Sequence record: DRR378314_405
Length of the DNA stretch: 64,000 bases
Direction: 5' to 3' (one strand)
Shown piece by piece: positions 49,056 to 58,379 of the stretch (the first letter of the stretch is position 1; the number at the start of each line of letters is the position of its first letter). Made by a program: the position numbers and the translations under genes. The notes beneath the pieces were generated by a model that was given only the letters and a program-made list of their open reading frames with translations, was not told the origin of the DNA and did no database searches.

Positions 49056-50261
49056 ATGGTTTTTCGCATTTCCCGACCGATTGCGCTGACTGCAGCTTTA
49101 TTTGTTGCAGGTTGTTCTTTCATTGACGAATCCCTGATGCCAGCTTTGACTGGTGATGACGCAGAAGCAACGGGAGCGCCAGTTCCAATTGCAGCTTCCG
49201 ACGCAGAAGGAAATCCTAACCCGACTTTGAGCCCTGCCGGCTCAGGTGCGGCGGCAACGATCCCGGCGAATTCACCGCCCGTTCTTGGATCCACCAATTT
49301 TGTCACCCCTGGCGTGACCGCGGCTCCGAACACCGGAACATTTGTCGGCCAGAAAGTTGCTGTGCTTCGAACTGAACTGGGTGCCCTGCAGGAACGCCTG
49401 AAATTGCGGAACCAGCAGCTGCAACAGATCCGCAACACTACAACTGGAAATTCGCAGGCCTATCATGGCACGATCGCAGCTGTGAATGCCCGCCTGCAAG
49501 TGGGGACCACACCTGGCAACCCGATCCTGATCAATCAATGGAATCAGGCGCAGCTTCAGTTGGAGCGAATCGGCGCGGATATTTCTTCAATGAACAGTCT
49601 GGCCAACGCGGTTGCCAGCGACTCCAGCATGTCGGCTTATCTGCTGGAATCCACCCGGGCGGCATATGGCCTTTCTGGTGCGATCGAAGAAGACCATCGC
49701 CAGCTGGCTATTTTGGAAGATGAAACAAACCGCACGGTTGTTCTTGTTGACCGGCTGCTGAATGAGTTGTCCGAAGACATCAGTCGTCAGACCGCTTATG
49801 TCGGCAATGAGCGGGCCAATCTGACAACCCTGTCACACTCCATCAAAAATGGTGAGCTGTTGGGCGCTAGCCTGGCCAACCGGGCCTATCTGTCAACCGG
49901 ACCCGTTGCCAGTTCGTCCCCTGTTGCCTCGACAAGCACTCAGAATTTCAATTCCGGCAATCGCCAGCCACTGGTTGTGATCCGCTTTGATCGGGAAACC
50001 GTTCCCTATGAGCAGGCACTTTACACAGCGGTCAACCGCACCCTGCAGAACCGGCCACAATCCGTTTTTGATGTTGTTGCCGTGGCCCCCATGACAGGCG
50101 GTGCCGCTGATGTCGCGCTGAACCAGACAAAGGCGACCCGCAATGCCAGAAAAGTCCTCAGGTCATTGACTGATATGGGCTTACCTGCCTCCCGGGTTAA
50201 TCTGACAACCTCTTCAAGTGGTCAGGCCGTGACAAGCGAAGTTCATATCTACGTTCGCTAA
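49056..50261 (+). CDS. Hypothetical lipoprotein with long coiled-coil region
   Basis: Lipobox FVAGC after hydrophobic stretch; Pro/Ala/Thr linker, heptad-rich helices, small C-terminal alpha/beta domain. Confidence 0.75.
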   Translation: MVFRISRPIALTAALFVAGCSFIDESLMPALTGDDAEATGAPVPIAASDAEGNPNPTLSPAGSGAAATIPANSPPVLGSTNFVTPGVTAAPNTGTFVGQKVAVLRTELGALQERLKLRNQQLQQIRNTTTGNSQAYHGTIAAVNARLQVGTTPGNPILINQWNQAQLQLERIGADISSMNSLANAVASDSSMSAYLLESTRAAYGLSGAIEEDHRQLAILEDETNRTVVLVDRLLNELSEDISRQTAYVGNERANLTTLSHSIKNGELLGASLANRAYLSTGPVASSSPVASTSTQNFNSGNRQPLVVIRFDRETVPYEQALYTAVNRTLQNRPQSVFDVVAVAPMTGGAADVALNQTKATRNARKVLRSLTDMGLPASRVNLTTSSSGQAVTSEVHIYVR

Positions 50262-50279
50262 TCACAATTTCAAAGTCCG

Positions 50280-50307
50280 AAAAAGCGGCCTCTCGGCCGC
50301 TTTTTTT
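50280..50307 (+). terminator. Intrinsic terminator
   Basis: AAAAGCGGCC-TCTC-GGCCGC-TTTTTTT. Confidence 0.85.
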
Positions 50308-50431
50308 GTGCCTGATACCAAGCCACCCAGGCCCAACCCTGTATCCGTCACGACAGTTCATTTACAGCACACCCACAGCGCACGGATCCTCGCTGCCCTG
50401 AACGGCTCCAGAGCGATGGAGAGACAGCCAT

Positions 50432-50461
50432 AAAAAAAGCCCGCTGTTTCCAGCGGGCTTT
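50432..50461 (-). terminator. Intrinsic terminator
   Basis: AAAAAAAGCCCGCTG-TTTC-CAGCGGGCTTT. Confidence 0.8.
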
Positions 50462-50484
50462 CCGTAAAGCTTGTTTGGGCGTGG

Positions 50485-51963
50485 TTAGTCTTCCCAACCC
50501 ATCCGGGCAACATCTGTTGCAAACAGATGAGCGTCTTTCCAAACACCTGTCAGGCCTTTGCGCAAAACCTGAACATTTGCCAGTTGGAACATGAAGCCAT
50601 TGACGGCATCTTCGGCCAACATGACCTGAGCCTCTTTCAACTTGGCACTCCGGTCCGCATCGTTCAAAGCAACTTCGGCCTCATTGATGACTTTGTTGAA
50701 CGCAGGGTTCTTATAGTTGAAGTAATAATTGTCGCGGGCATAAATGTTGATGTCCATTGGCTCAACATGGCTGACGATGGAAAGGTCGTAGTTTTTCTTC
50801 TTGTAAACTTCGTCCAACCATTTCGGCCAGTCCACATTCTCGATGGTAATCTTAAAGCCCGCTTTTTCAAGCTGAGAGGCAACAATCTGGCCCCCTTTAC
50901 GGGCGTAGTCGTCAACAGGTGGCAATTTCAAGGACAGTGACAGACCATCCGGATATCCCGCCTCAGCCAACAGGGCTTTGGATTTTTCCGGATCATAGGG
51001 GTAAGTCCCTGTCAGATCCACATAGTCAGGATGATGCGGCGCGAAATGAGAGCCGATTGGTGTCCCATATCCAAACATGGCCCCATCAATGATTTCCTGC
51101 CGGTTAATTGCATGGGCAATGGCCTGGCGAACCTTCAGTTTTGACAATGCTTCATTGGCATTATTGGTGCTGAGAATGGTTTCCCCATTGGTGGTGCCTT
51201 CCATGACCACAAACTCACCGCCCAGTTTAAACTGCTGAAGGGTTTCATTTGGTACCGCCGTAAAATCAACATCACCGGTCAGCAGGCTTGCCATCCGCGC
51301 CGCAGAATCGTTAATAAAACGGAAGGTTGCTTTTTCAAGCTGCAAGCTATCTTTATCCCGATACGTATCTGCCATCACAAGACGGACCTGATCCCCTTTA
51401 ATCCAGCGATCCAGCTTATAGGGGCCGGTTCCAACAGGCGCGGTTGCATTGTCTGCATCCGTTGCCGGATCGACGATCACAGCGGTTGCCTCACCCAACT
51501 GCGCCAGGAAATCAGCCCGGGGTTCTTTTAAGGTCAGAACGACAGTATTGGCATCCGGTGTTTCGATAGAGGCGATATTTGTAAACCGGCCTTTTCGCTT
51601 ATTCTGACTGTTTTCAGCCGCGTTCTCTTCGAAGGTATATTTGACATCGCTGGCGTCAAAATCCGCACCATCATGGAACTTCACGCCTTCTTCAAGCTTG
51701 AAGGTATAAGTCAAACCATCTGGGCTGATCGTCCAGCTTTTCGCCAGTTGCGGCTGGACTTTACCCTCAGAATCAATCCGGGTCAGACCTTCAAAGATAT
51801 TATAAAGGGCAATCCGAGAAATAGCGGCTGCGGCCCCTGTTCTTGGATCAAGCCCTGGTGGCTCCAGACGCATTGCATAAGTTACCGATGTATTTGCAGC
51901 CTGTGCCGCGATCGGCGCCAAAACGGCCGATGCCAGAGCGGCTGCTACCAGTAATTTCTTCAT
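50485..51963 (-). CDS. ABC transporter substrate-binding protein, family 5 (peptide/nickel)
   Basis: Signal MKKLLVAAALASAVLAPIAAQA, LA.SW..S.DG..YTF.L..GV.FHDG, GTGPY, VRQAI..AI.R; GGAG RBS at ATG 51963. Confidence 0.92.
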   Translation of the reverse strand: MKKLLVAAALASAVLAPIAAQAANTSVTYAMRLEPPGLDPRTGAAAAISRIALYNIFEGLTRIDSEGKVQPQLAKSWTISPDGLTYTFKLEEGVKFHDGADFDASDVKYTFEENAAENSQNKRKGRFTNIASIETPDANTVVLTLKEPRADFLAQLGEATAVIVDPATDADNATAPVGTGPYKLDRWIKGDQVRLVMADTYRDKDSLQLEKATFRFINDSAARMASLLTGDVDFTAVPNETLQQFKLGGEFVVMEGTTNGETILSTNNANEALSKLKVRQAIAHAINRQEIIDGAMFGYGTPIGSHFAPHHPDYVDLTGTYPYDPEKSKALLAEAGYPDGLSLSLKLPPVDDYARKGGQIVASQLEKAGFKITIENVDWPKWLDEVYKKKNYDLSIVSHVEPMDINIYARDNYYFNYKNPAFNKVINEAEVALNDADRSAKLKEAQVMLAEDAVNGFMFQLANVQVLRKGLTGVWKDAHLFATDVARMGWED

Positions 51964-51976
51964 CCCAGTCTCCTGT

Positions 51977-52978
51977 CTAAGGTTTCTTAAATTTTGTGCG
52001 ATAGCCGGGCAAATTCCCCAAACTTTCGGCATTATACACGGCGCGGGCAACCGCCCTTGCGACGCAATCCGCTGCGATGGCTCCGATACGAGCCAGCGCA
52101 AGGGGTTCGGGTATATCCAGAGATTTGCATTCTGTGGATAATGTAAAGATAGTATCCCCATCCATCGGGGTATGTACAGGCCGTATTGCACGGGCAAATC
52201 CATCCTGAGCCATGATGGAAACGCGTTGTGCCTGCGCCTTGGTGAGAGTAATATTTGTGGCAACAACCCCAATGGTTGTATTTTCCATCAAACGCCCACT
52301 GCTGATTGCCTCAAGGGAGATATCCTCTGTCAGCTCTGGACCTCCAAAGCCGCCAAATTCTCTGCCCTGCTCTAACGGCCAGGCCCAGAAATTCGGAGTG
52401 CCAGGAATAAGCACGCTGCCGACGGGATTGACCGCAATAACAGCGCCAACCTGAACACCATCATCAGAAACAGCCGAGGCACTTCCAAGGCCACCTTTCA
52501 GAGTTCCTGCAGCAGCGCCATATCCCGCACCCACATTGCCAAGATCAAACTGATCGCCAATATCTTCAACGGCCTGCCGCCCCATATCCCGATAAGGCGG
52601 CATCTCACCCCAGCCTTTATTTCCGCCGTTTGCCAGATCAAAAAGAACCGCCGACGGGACAATCGGAATGGTCAGGGTCCGCAACTGATATCCCCGTTGC
52701 ATCTGGTGCAACGCCGATGTTGCGCCGGCTGCGGCCTCAAGACCAAAGACTGAACCACCGCTGAGGACAATGCCATCCACACGATCAACCAGACAATCAG
52801 GGCGCAGCACTTCGGTTTCGCGGGTTCCGGGGCCACCGCCCCGAACATCAACGCCGCCAACAGCCGATTTTTTTGGAATAACGGCCGTCACACCGGAGAA
52901 AACTTCCGGGTCATGGGAATTCCCGACCTGAATGCCTTCAACGTCCGTAATCAGGTTCTTTTTGCCCGGCTTGATCAT
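51977..52978 (-). CDS. DmpA-like (P1/S58) L-aminopeptidase/D-esterase
   Basis: ITDV.GI.VG, DVRGGGPGTRET, LSGGS.FGL, GNVGAG.G, NTTIGVVATN, H...DGD. Confidence 0.9.
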   Translation of the reverse strand: MIKPGKKNLITDVEGIQVGNSHDPEVFSGVTAVIPKKSAVGGVDVRGGGPGTRETEVLRPDCLVDRVDGIVLSGGSVFGLEAAAGATSALHQMQRGYQLRTLTIPIVPSAVLFDLANGGNKGWGEMPPYRDMGRQAVEDIGDQFDLGNVGAGYGAAAGTLKGGLGSASAVSDDGVQVGAVIAVNPVGSVLIPGTPNFWAWPLEQGREFGGFGGPELTEDISLEAISSGRLMENTTIGVVATNITLTKAQAQRVSIMAQDGFARAIRPVHTPMDGDTIFTLSTECKSLDIPEPLALARIGAIAADCVARAVARAVYNAESLGNLPGYRTKFKKP

Positions 52979-53116
52979 TTCAACTCTTTACGCCCCTCAA
53001 CTTTATCTTCGGAAGGTAGACTTATTCCATAAATTAGGTCAACCTGCTGGAGATGAGTGTACCAGTATGTTTGTTTGAACGAAAACAAAAATTCCGACCA
53101 CACAAGGGTATGAAAC

Positions 53117-54832
53117 ATGAATAACCACCGCTTGGCCTTGTCTTGCCTTCATTCCGTCTATTGCACCATTTTACTGGGGTTAGCGCTCTTACTGGTACCC
53201 TCCGGCGCAATGGCAAAGTCACAATTCATGGTTTCTGCGGCGAATCCTCTAGCCGCTAAAGCCGGACAGGACATTCTTGCAAAGGGCGGCAATGCGGTGG
53301 ACGCCGCCATCGCCATTCAGATGGTCTTAACATTGGTGGAGCCGCAATCCTCTGGTATTGGCGGCGGTGCCTTTATGCTGTATTTTGATCAATCGGCAAA
53401 ATCTGTCACCACCTTTGACGGGCGGGAGACAGCACCGGCGGCCGTTACGCCCGATTATTTCCTGAAAGCCGATGGCCAGAAACTGAAATTCTATGAAGCC
53501 GTGGTCGGCGGAAAAGCCGTTGGCGTTCCGGGTGTCCTTGCCATGCTGGAGCAGGCGCATCAAAAACACGGCAACCTGCACTGGAAAGACCTCTTCAAAG
53601 CTGCCATTGACCTGTCCCGAGATGGGTTTGAAATTTCCCCTCGCCTGCACTACCTGCTGGACCGGGATAAATTTCTGAAGACGAAAACAGCCGCTGCCAC
53701 TTACTTCTATTTGCCAGATGGATCCGCCAAACCTGTTGGGACCGTGTTAAAAAATCCGGTCCTGGCGGCGACCCTCAGCCAGATTGCTGAAACAGGAAGT
53801 CAGGCATTTTACAAAGGTCCCATCGCAGAGGATATTATTAAAACGGTTCAAAATGATGCCGAAAATCCTGGCCTTTTAACGATGCAGGATTTGGCCGATT
53901 ATAACGCCAAGGAGCGCGATCCGGTCTGCGTTCGCTATCGCCTTCACAAAGTTTGTGGCATGGGTCCGCCAACATCTGGCGGATTAACAAGCCTACAGAT
54001 CCTGAAATTACTGGAACGCTTCAAGCTGGGCGACATGAAACCTCTATCGGTTGATGCGGTGCATTTGATTGCTGAAGCCAGTGCGCTGGCCTTTGCCGAT
54101 CGCGGCCTCTATATGGCGGATGAAGATTTCACATCTTTCCCAAAAGACGGGCTGCTGTCTCGCGGGTACATCTCCCGCCGATCTGACCTCATTGAAAAAA
54201 CGCAGACATCCATTCCGCACCGCGCTGGCGATCCGGACAAATCAGGGTTCAATCTGGCGCCGGATGAAGCCATCGAACTGCCCTCAACCAGTCATTTCAG
54301 TATCGTCGATCAGGACGGAAATGCCGTTTCAATGACCACGTCGGTGGAAAATGTGTTTGGCTCCCGCCTGATGGTGCGGGGATTTATTCTGAATAATCAG
54401 CTCACAGATTTCTCATTCCTCCCTGAAAAAGACGGAAAAGCAATCAACAATCGAATTGAGCCGGGCAAACGGCCCAGAAGTTCAATGTCTCCGACGATCG
54501 TCCTGGACGATAGTGATCATCTTCGGTTGGTTGTCGGCTCCCCCGGGGGCAGTCGCATCATTGGATACGTAACCAAAACAGTAATTGCCAACCTGGATTG
54601 GGGCCTTTCCATTCAGGATGCCATCAACCTTCCCCATTTCATAAACCGCAATGGCACCCTGGACCTGGAAGAAGACACCGCCCTGACTGACCTGAAAATC
54701 TCACTGGAAGAACGGGGGCATAAGGTGAAACTTCGCTCCCTCAATAGTGGTTTGCATGGCATTGAGGTTATGAACGGTCAACTGCGGGGCGGCGCCGACC
54801 CGCGGCGCGAAGGTGTGGTCCTCGGAAATTAA
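53117..54832 (+). CDS. ggt: Gamma-glutamyltransferase
   Basis: GGNAVDAA, SSGIGGG, DGRE.AP, nucleophile TSHFSIVD, LNNQLTDF, PGKRPRSSM, GSPGG. Confidence 0.95.
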   Translation: MNNHRLALSCLHSVYCTILLGLALLLVPSGAMAKSQFMVSAANPLAAKAGQDILAKGGNAVDAAIAIQMVLTLVEPQSSGIGGGAFMLYFDQSAKSVTTFDGRETAPAAVTPDYFLKADGQKLKFYEAVVGGKAVGVPGVLAMLEQAHQKHGNLHWKDLFKAAIDLSRDGFEISPRLHYLLDRDKFLKTKTAAATYFYLPDGSAKPVGTVLKNPVLAATLSQIAETGSQAFYKGPIAEDIIKTVQNDAENPGLLTMQDLADYNAKERDPVCVRYRLHKVCGMGPPTSGGLTSLQILKLLERFKLGDMKPLSVDAVHLIAEASALAFADRGLYMADEDFTSFPKDGLLSRGYISRRSDLIEKTQTSIPHRAGDPDKSGFNLAPDEAIELPSTSHFSIVDQDGNAVSMTTSVENVFGSRLMVRGFILNNQLTDFSFLPEKDGKAINNRIEPGKRPRSSMSPTIVLDDSDHLRLVVGSPGGSRIIGYVTKTVIANLDWGLSIQDAINLPHFINRNGTLDLEEDTALTDLKISLEERGHKVKLRSLNSGLHGIEVMNGQLRGGADPRREGVVLGN

Positions 54833-55566
54833 AGCTCACCAAACTGGACGGGGCTTCCAACCGACAGGTTCAGAAGCGCCGCCGCTGAGCCTTGATTAAC
54901 TGAAATCTCCAGCAGGCCGTTTGAATTCAGATAACAAAGCGGCTCCCCAACACCCACATCTGAAAAAGTCTCGCAAAAGGGAATTGAACGACCGCCAACA
55001 CTTAAGTTTCGGGACTTCGGCGCCGCCTCAATTCCGGTCATACAGTTGCCGTAGACATCGACGTAAATCACTTCGGCCATTTGATCCGGCCAGAAATATC
55101 GGCGCACCTGATCCAGCGCCAATGGTTGTGTTTTCCCCGGACCGAGCCCTTGGGTTGCAATCTCTGCGGCTATGGGCGCAAACAGATCCCGGCCATGAAA
55201 ACTGCTGGAAAGCCGATCTGGTCGCCACGTAACTTCAAAGACGCGACACGCGGCATCCTGGCGATAGAGATATTCAAAAACACCATTATCGGGTCCGACA
55301 AACCATTTATCCTGACAATTGACGATCAGCGGTTTGCGGGCACTGCCCACCCCGGGATCTATAACGGTGAGGAAAACACTTTCGGCCGGGAACTCCTGCT
55401 GATAGCGGGCCAGTAACCGGCCACTATATTTTGGCGAAAAGGTAGGTGCATCCGCAAACAGGGAAATGACTTCGCCTGTAAAACCGCCGTGCCGAAGACT
55501 GGCAATCATTTGCCCGGTGTAGGGACCATCGACGCCAAAATCCGTAAAGAGAAGGATCATGCCCAA
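54829..55566 (-). CDS. SAM hydroxide adenosyltransferase (DUF62; SAM hydrolase/halogenase superfamily)
   Basis: TDFG, VIDPGVG..R, GPDNG, SFHGRD.FAP, D.YGN. Confidence 0.9.
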   Translation of the reverse strand: MGMILLFTDFGVDGPYTGQMIASLRHGGFTGEVISLFADAPTFSPKYSGRLLARYQQEFPAESVFLTVIDPGVGSARKPLIVNCQDKWFVGPDNGVFEYLYRQDAACRVFEVTWRPDRLSSSFHGRDLFAPIAAEIATQGLGPGKTQPLALDQVRRYFWPDQMAEVIYVDVYGNCMTGIEAAPKSRNLSVGGRSIPFCETFSDVGVGEPLCYLNSNGLLEISVNQGSAAALLNLSVGSPVQFGEL

Positions 55567-55575
55567 ATTTCTGAA

Positions 55576-56346
55576 TTATTCTGCAGCCTGAGCGACAATA
55601 AACAGTCGGGAAAACGGATATAATGTGGACCCATCTTCCCGGCGGGGATAGGCTTCCAATAGCATGGTCGCATATTCATCCTCAAACGCCGCGACATCTG
55701 CGGGATCCAGAGCTTTCAGAAACGGCATCAACGCCGTGCTTCGCGTCCATTCCAAAACGGCATTCTTTCCATCAAGGATCTGATAATAAGTGGTTTCCCA
55801 AATATTCAAATGGTCCGTAAGCGGCGACAGGAGATCATAGTAAAACTCGCAGTTATGAACCGGCGCCGGGCGCACAAGATGCCCGACTTTATCGATCCAC
55901 CGGTCCGACTGGGCCAGATCATAGAGACTTTGATGGGACGGCGCGGTGAAATTATTTGGCATCTGGACCGCCAGAATTCCGCCCTCTCTTAATTGTGTCA
56001 TCAGGTTTTGAAACAGCGTTTCATGATCATCCAACCAATGAAGTGCTGCATTGCTGAAAATCAGGCTGGCTTTACTGGCGGGATTAAAACCCTCGATAGA
56101 GCCGTTGACCCATTCCAGGGCAGGATGATCCCGCTTGGCAACCTCAAGCATTTCTTCGGAACTATCCAGCCCCACAACGATGGCTGAATTCCAGCGCTGA
56201 GACAAAAGGGCCGTTACATTCCCGGTCCCGCAACCCAGGTCATAGATTGCCATCGGTAATGTCAAATCCACCTGCGCCAGAAGGTCAAGAGCGGGCCGCA
56301 AGCGGTGGTCAGAATAAAGGTGATAATGGTCGGGGTTCCAGGTCAT
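55576..56346 (-). CDS. tam: Trans-aconitate 2-methyltransferase
   Basis: W.P..Y......R.RP..DL, DLGCG.GN, SNAALHW, LAVQMP.N. Confidence 0.9.
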   Translation of the reverse strand: MTWNPDHYHLYSDHRLRPALDLLAQVDLTLPMAIYDLGCGTGNVTALLSQRWNSAIVVGLDSSEEMLEVAKRDHPALEWVNGSIEGFNPASKASLIFSNAALHWLDDHETLFQNLMTQLREGGILAVQMPNNFTAPSHQSLYDLAQSDRWIDKVGHLVRPAPVHNCEFYYDLLSPLTDHLNIWETTYYQILDGKNAVLEWTRSTALMPFLKALDPADVAAFEDEYATMLLEAYPRREDGSTLYPFSRLFIVAQAAE

Positions 56347-56450
56347 CGTTTCTTACCTCTTTGGAGAAGAAGGCAAGATCAATCTATCGGAATTAAGACG
56401 GTATTCCTACCCTCTATTATAAAGACTGCAAATGAGGGTTACCGATGAGC

Positions 56451-56846
56451 TTAGTCAAGTTCCGCCGTATCCAGCTTCTTGGGGGAGGATTTCATCCAGG
56501 AAAAAAACGGGCTGTCTTCCTCTTTCTGGCTGACATATTCAACTTTAGCACCGGTTGATCCCAGCTCACTAACATCCCGAACGCGCGGAGACGCCGTCGC
56601 ATAGGGTGCTTTTTTCGAATAGCAGTCAACCCCGCCCAAAGTACGGTAACAATAAACGGCTTCCTGCTTGATTTCGTTATGTTTTGGCTTGCAGTAATCT
56701 TCGCCCAACATGATGTTAACGCTGGTGCATTCCTTGTCTGTCATCTGGGACATTTTTTCATCAAGAACCGCAACGGCTGCTGTTGTGCATCCGGTTGTCG
56801 ACAACAGGACTGAAAAAAGGAAACCACAAATCATTACGCGAAGCAT
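56451..56846 (-). CDS. Hypothetical Cys-rich lipoprotein
   Basis: Lipobox-like TTGC; C..C and YCYRTLG..DCY; GGAGG RBS. Confidence 0.7.
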   Translation of the reverse strand: MLRVMICGFLFSVLLSTTGCTTAAVAVLDEKMSQMTDKECTSVNIMLGEDYCKPKHNEIKQEAVYCYRTLGGVDCYSKKAPYATASPRVRDVSELGSTGAKVEYVSQKEEDSPFFSWMKSSPKKLDTAELD

Positions 56847-56916
56847 TCTGCCACCTCCAGGTCATTGACCCAAAACTACTATGGCGGCAGATTAGCCAAA
56901 ACTGGTTGCCAAATTC

Positions 56917-58308
56917 TTAAGCAATAAGGTTAATAACGAAAACTGTTCCGGTTGACCCTGTTTTTTCAACCTTGATCGACCCGCCATGGGCTTGAACAAG
57001 CTCTTTGGCAATGGAAAGTCCAAGCCCGGTCCCCCCACTTTTGACGGATCCGGTAAACGGCTCAAATAAATGCTGATGCGCGCGTTCAGGAATTCCGGGG
57101 CCGGTGTCGGCAACCCGTATCACATTCTGATCGCCTTCCTTTTCAACGGAAAGGGTCAGTTTTCCCGTCGCTCCCATCGCTTCAACGGCGTTGCGGCATA
57201 AATTCAAGAGCACCCGGAAAATCTGCTCTCGATCGGCAAACAACAACTCATTTTCAGGGATATTATTTTGCCATTCAATGCCCGACTGCTCGTCAGCCAG
57301 AACCGTCGCTCTAACTTCCTCCACCAGCTGATGAAAATCAAAACTCTCCCGTTGAGGGGCGCGTTCTGCGGCTTTGCCAAATTTTAAGGTTTGGGTACAA
57401 AGCTCAATCGCCCGATCGATACTGCCAACCAGACGCGGTACTGTTTTCTGAACCATCGGATCATCAACAGCAGACAGGCTATCGGTCACAATATGGGATG
57501 TCGACAGAATGTTGCGTAAATCGTGACTGATTTTGGTCACGGCAGTTCCGAGCGCCGCTAAATGTTCTTTTTGTTTCAAGGAATTGCGAACATGGGACTG
57601 CATGATTTCCAGCTCCCGCTCTGCCACACCAATTTCATCAACACGGCCAGAGTGAACAATTCCAACCGTTGTATCTTCCGGGGAGCGCCGAAACGCGATC
57701 ATACTGGCAACCAGACGTCCCATGGGCCGAACCATCAACCGGTGCAGGGTAATAAATACCAGAACGGCTGTCAGAATTGAAATCACCAGCGAGAGCTGAA
57801 AAATATTCCATGAATAGGCCCGCATTGCTTCAATTAACGGGGCTTCATCCAGAACCATCTCCAAAGAGGAGGTCGGTGCATCCTTTATCGGGGCAATCAC
57901 CCGGATGATGCGATCTTTTCCCATCACCAACGCCTCCATTGCATCGCGCATCAGGATCATTGGCGAATTATTTGCCAGATTATACGTATTGCTCACGTCT
58001 GGTGGCATTTCCTCGGACAACATCAGCATTGAGGAATTGGCCCCCCTGAAAACGACCGAGCGGGCACCAACACGAAACAACAGTTCCTCTTTCAGCTCCT
58101 TTGACACCATCAGATCTGGCGAGGCCAATAGGGCCAAAGACGCCAAATGCGCAAATTCTGCCTTTTTTTCCAGATAGTTTTCCCGATAAAAGGCGACAGA
58201 CGGCACAAAAATAAGAACCTCCGCCAGCATAACAAAAAGGATTGTCAACAGTAGCAGGCGAGCAGAGAGACTTCGAAAGCTTCTGGTCAAGGCATGAATG
58301 AGTGTCAT
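56917..58308 (-). CDS. HAMP-domain sensor histidine kinase
   Basis: Two TM, HAMP (DEIG), H-box SHDLRN, N-box NL..NA, DTGPG, GGTGLGL. Confidence 0.93.
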   Translation of the reverse strand: MTLIHALTRSFRSLSARLLLLTILFVMLAEVLIFVPSVAFYRENYLEKKAEFAHLASLALLASPDLMVSKELKEELLFRVGARSVVFRGANSSMLMLSEEMPPDVSNTYNLANNSPMILMRDAMEALVMGKDRIIRVIAPIKDAPTSSLEMVLDEAPLIEAMRAYSWNIFQLSLVISILTAVLVFITLHRLMVRPMGRLVASMIAFRRSPEDTTVGIVHSGRVDEIGVAERELEIMQSHVRNSLKQKEHLAALGTAVTKISHDLRNILSTSHIVTDSLSAVDDPMVQKTVPRLVGSIDRAIELCTQTLKFGKAAERAPQRESFDFHQLVEEVRATVLADEQSGIEWQNNIPENELLFADREQIFRVLLNLCRNAVEAMGATGKLTLSVEKEGDQNVIRVADTGPGIPERAHQHLFEPFTGSVKSGGTGLGLSIAKELVQAHGGSIKVEKTGSTGTVFVINLIA

Positions 58309-58379
58309 GGAAACCTAAAGTAAACAATTTCGGCTCCGAAACCAATAGATGTCTTTGTAGGTGGCGTCGAAATTCCAAG

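Noticed and set aside
50485-52272. ORF-track N-terminal extensions (here, and at 216, 6626, 13107, 14889, 23945, 35699, 48933, 60806, 61413)
   Set aside because: Internal starts have RBSs and match family N-termini; the extensions overlap neighbouring genes, terminators or promoters
54829-55566. Fluorinase/chlorinase
   Set aside because: Retains the DUF62 hydrolase Asp/Arg/His residues; no secondary metabolite cluster context
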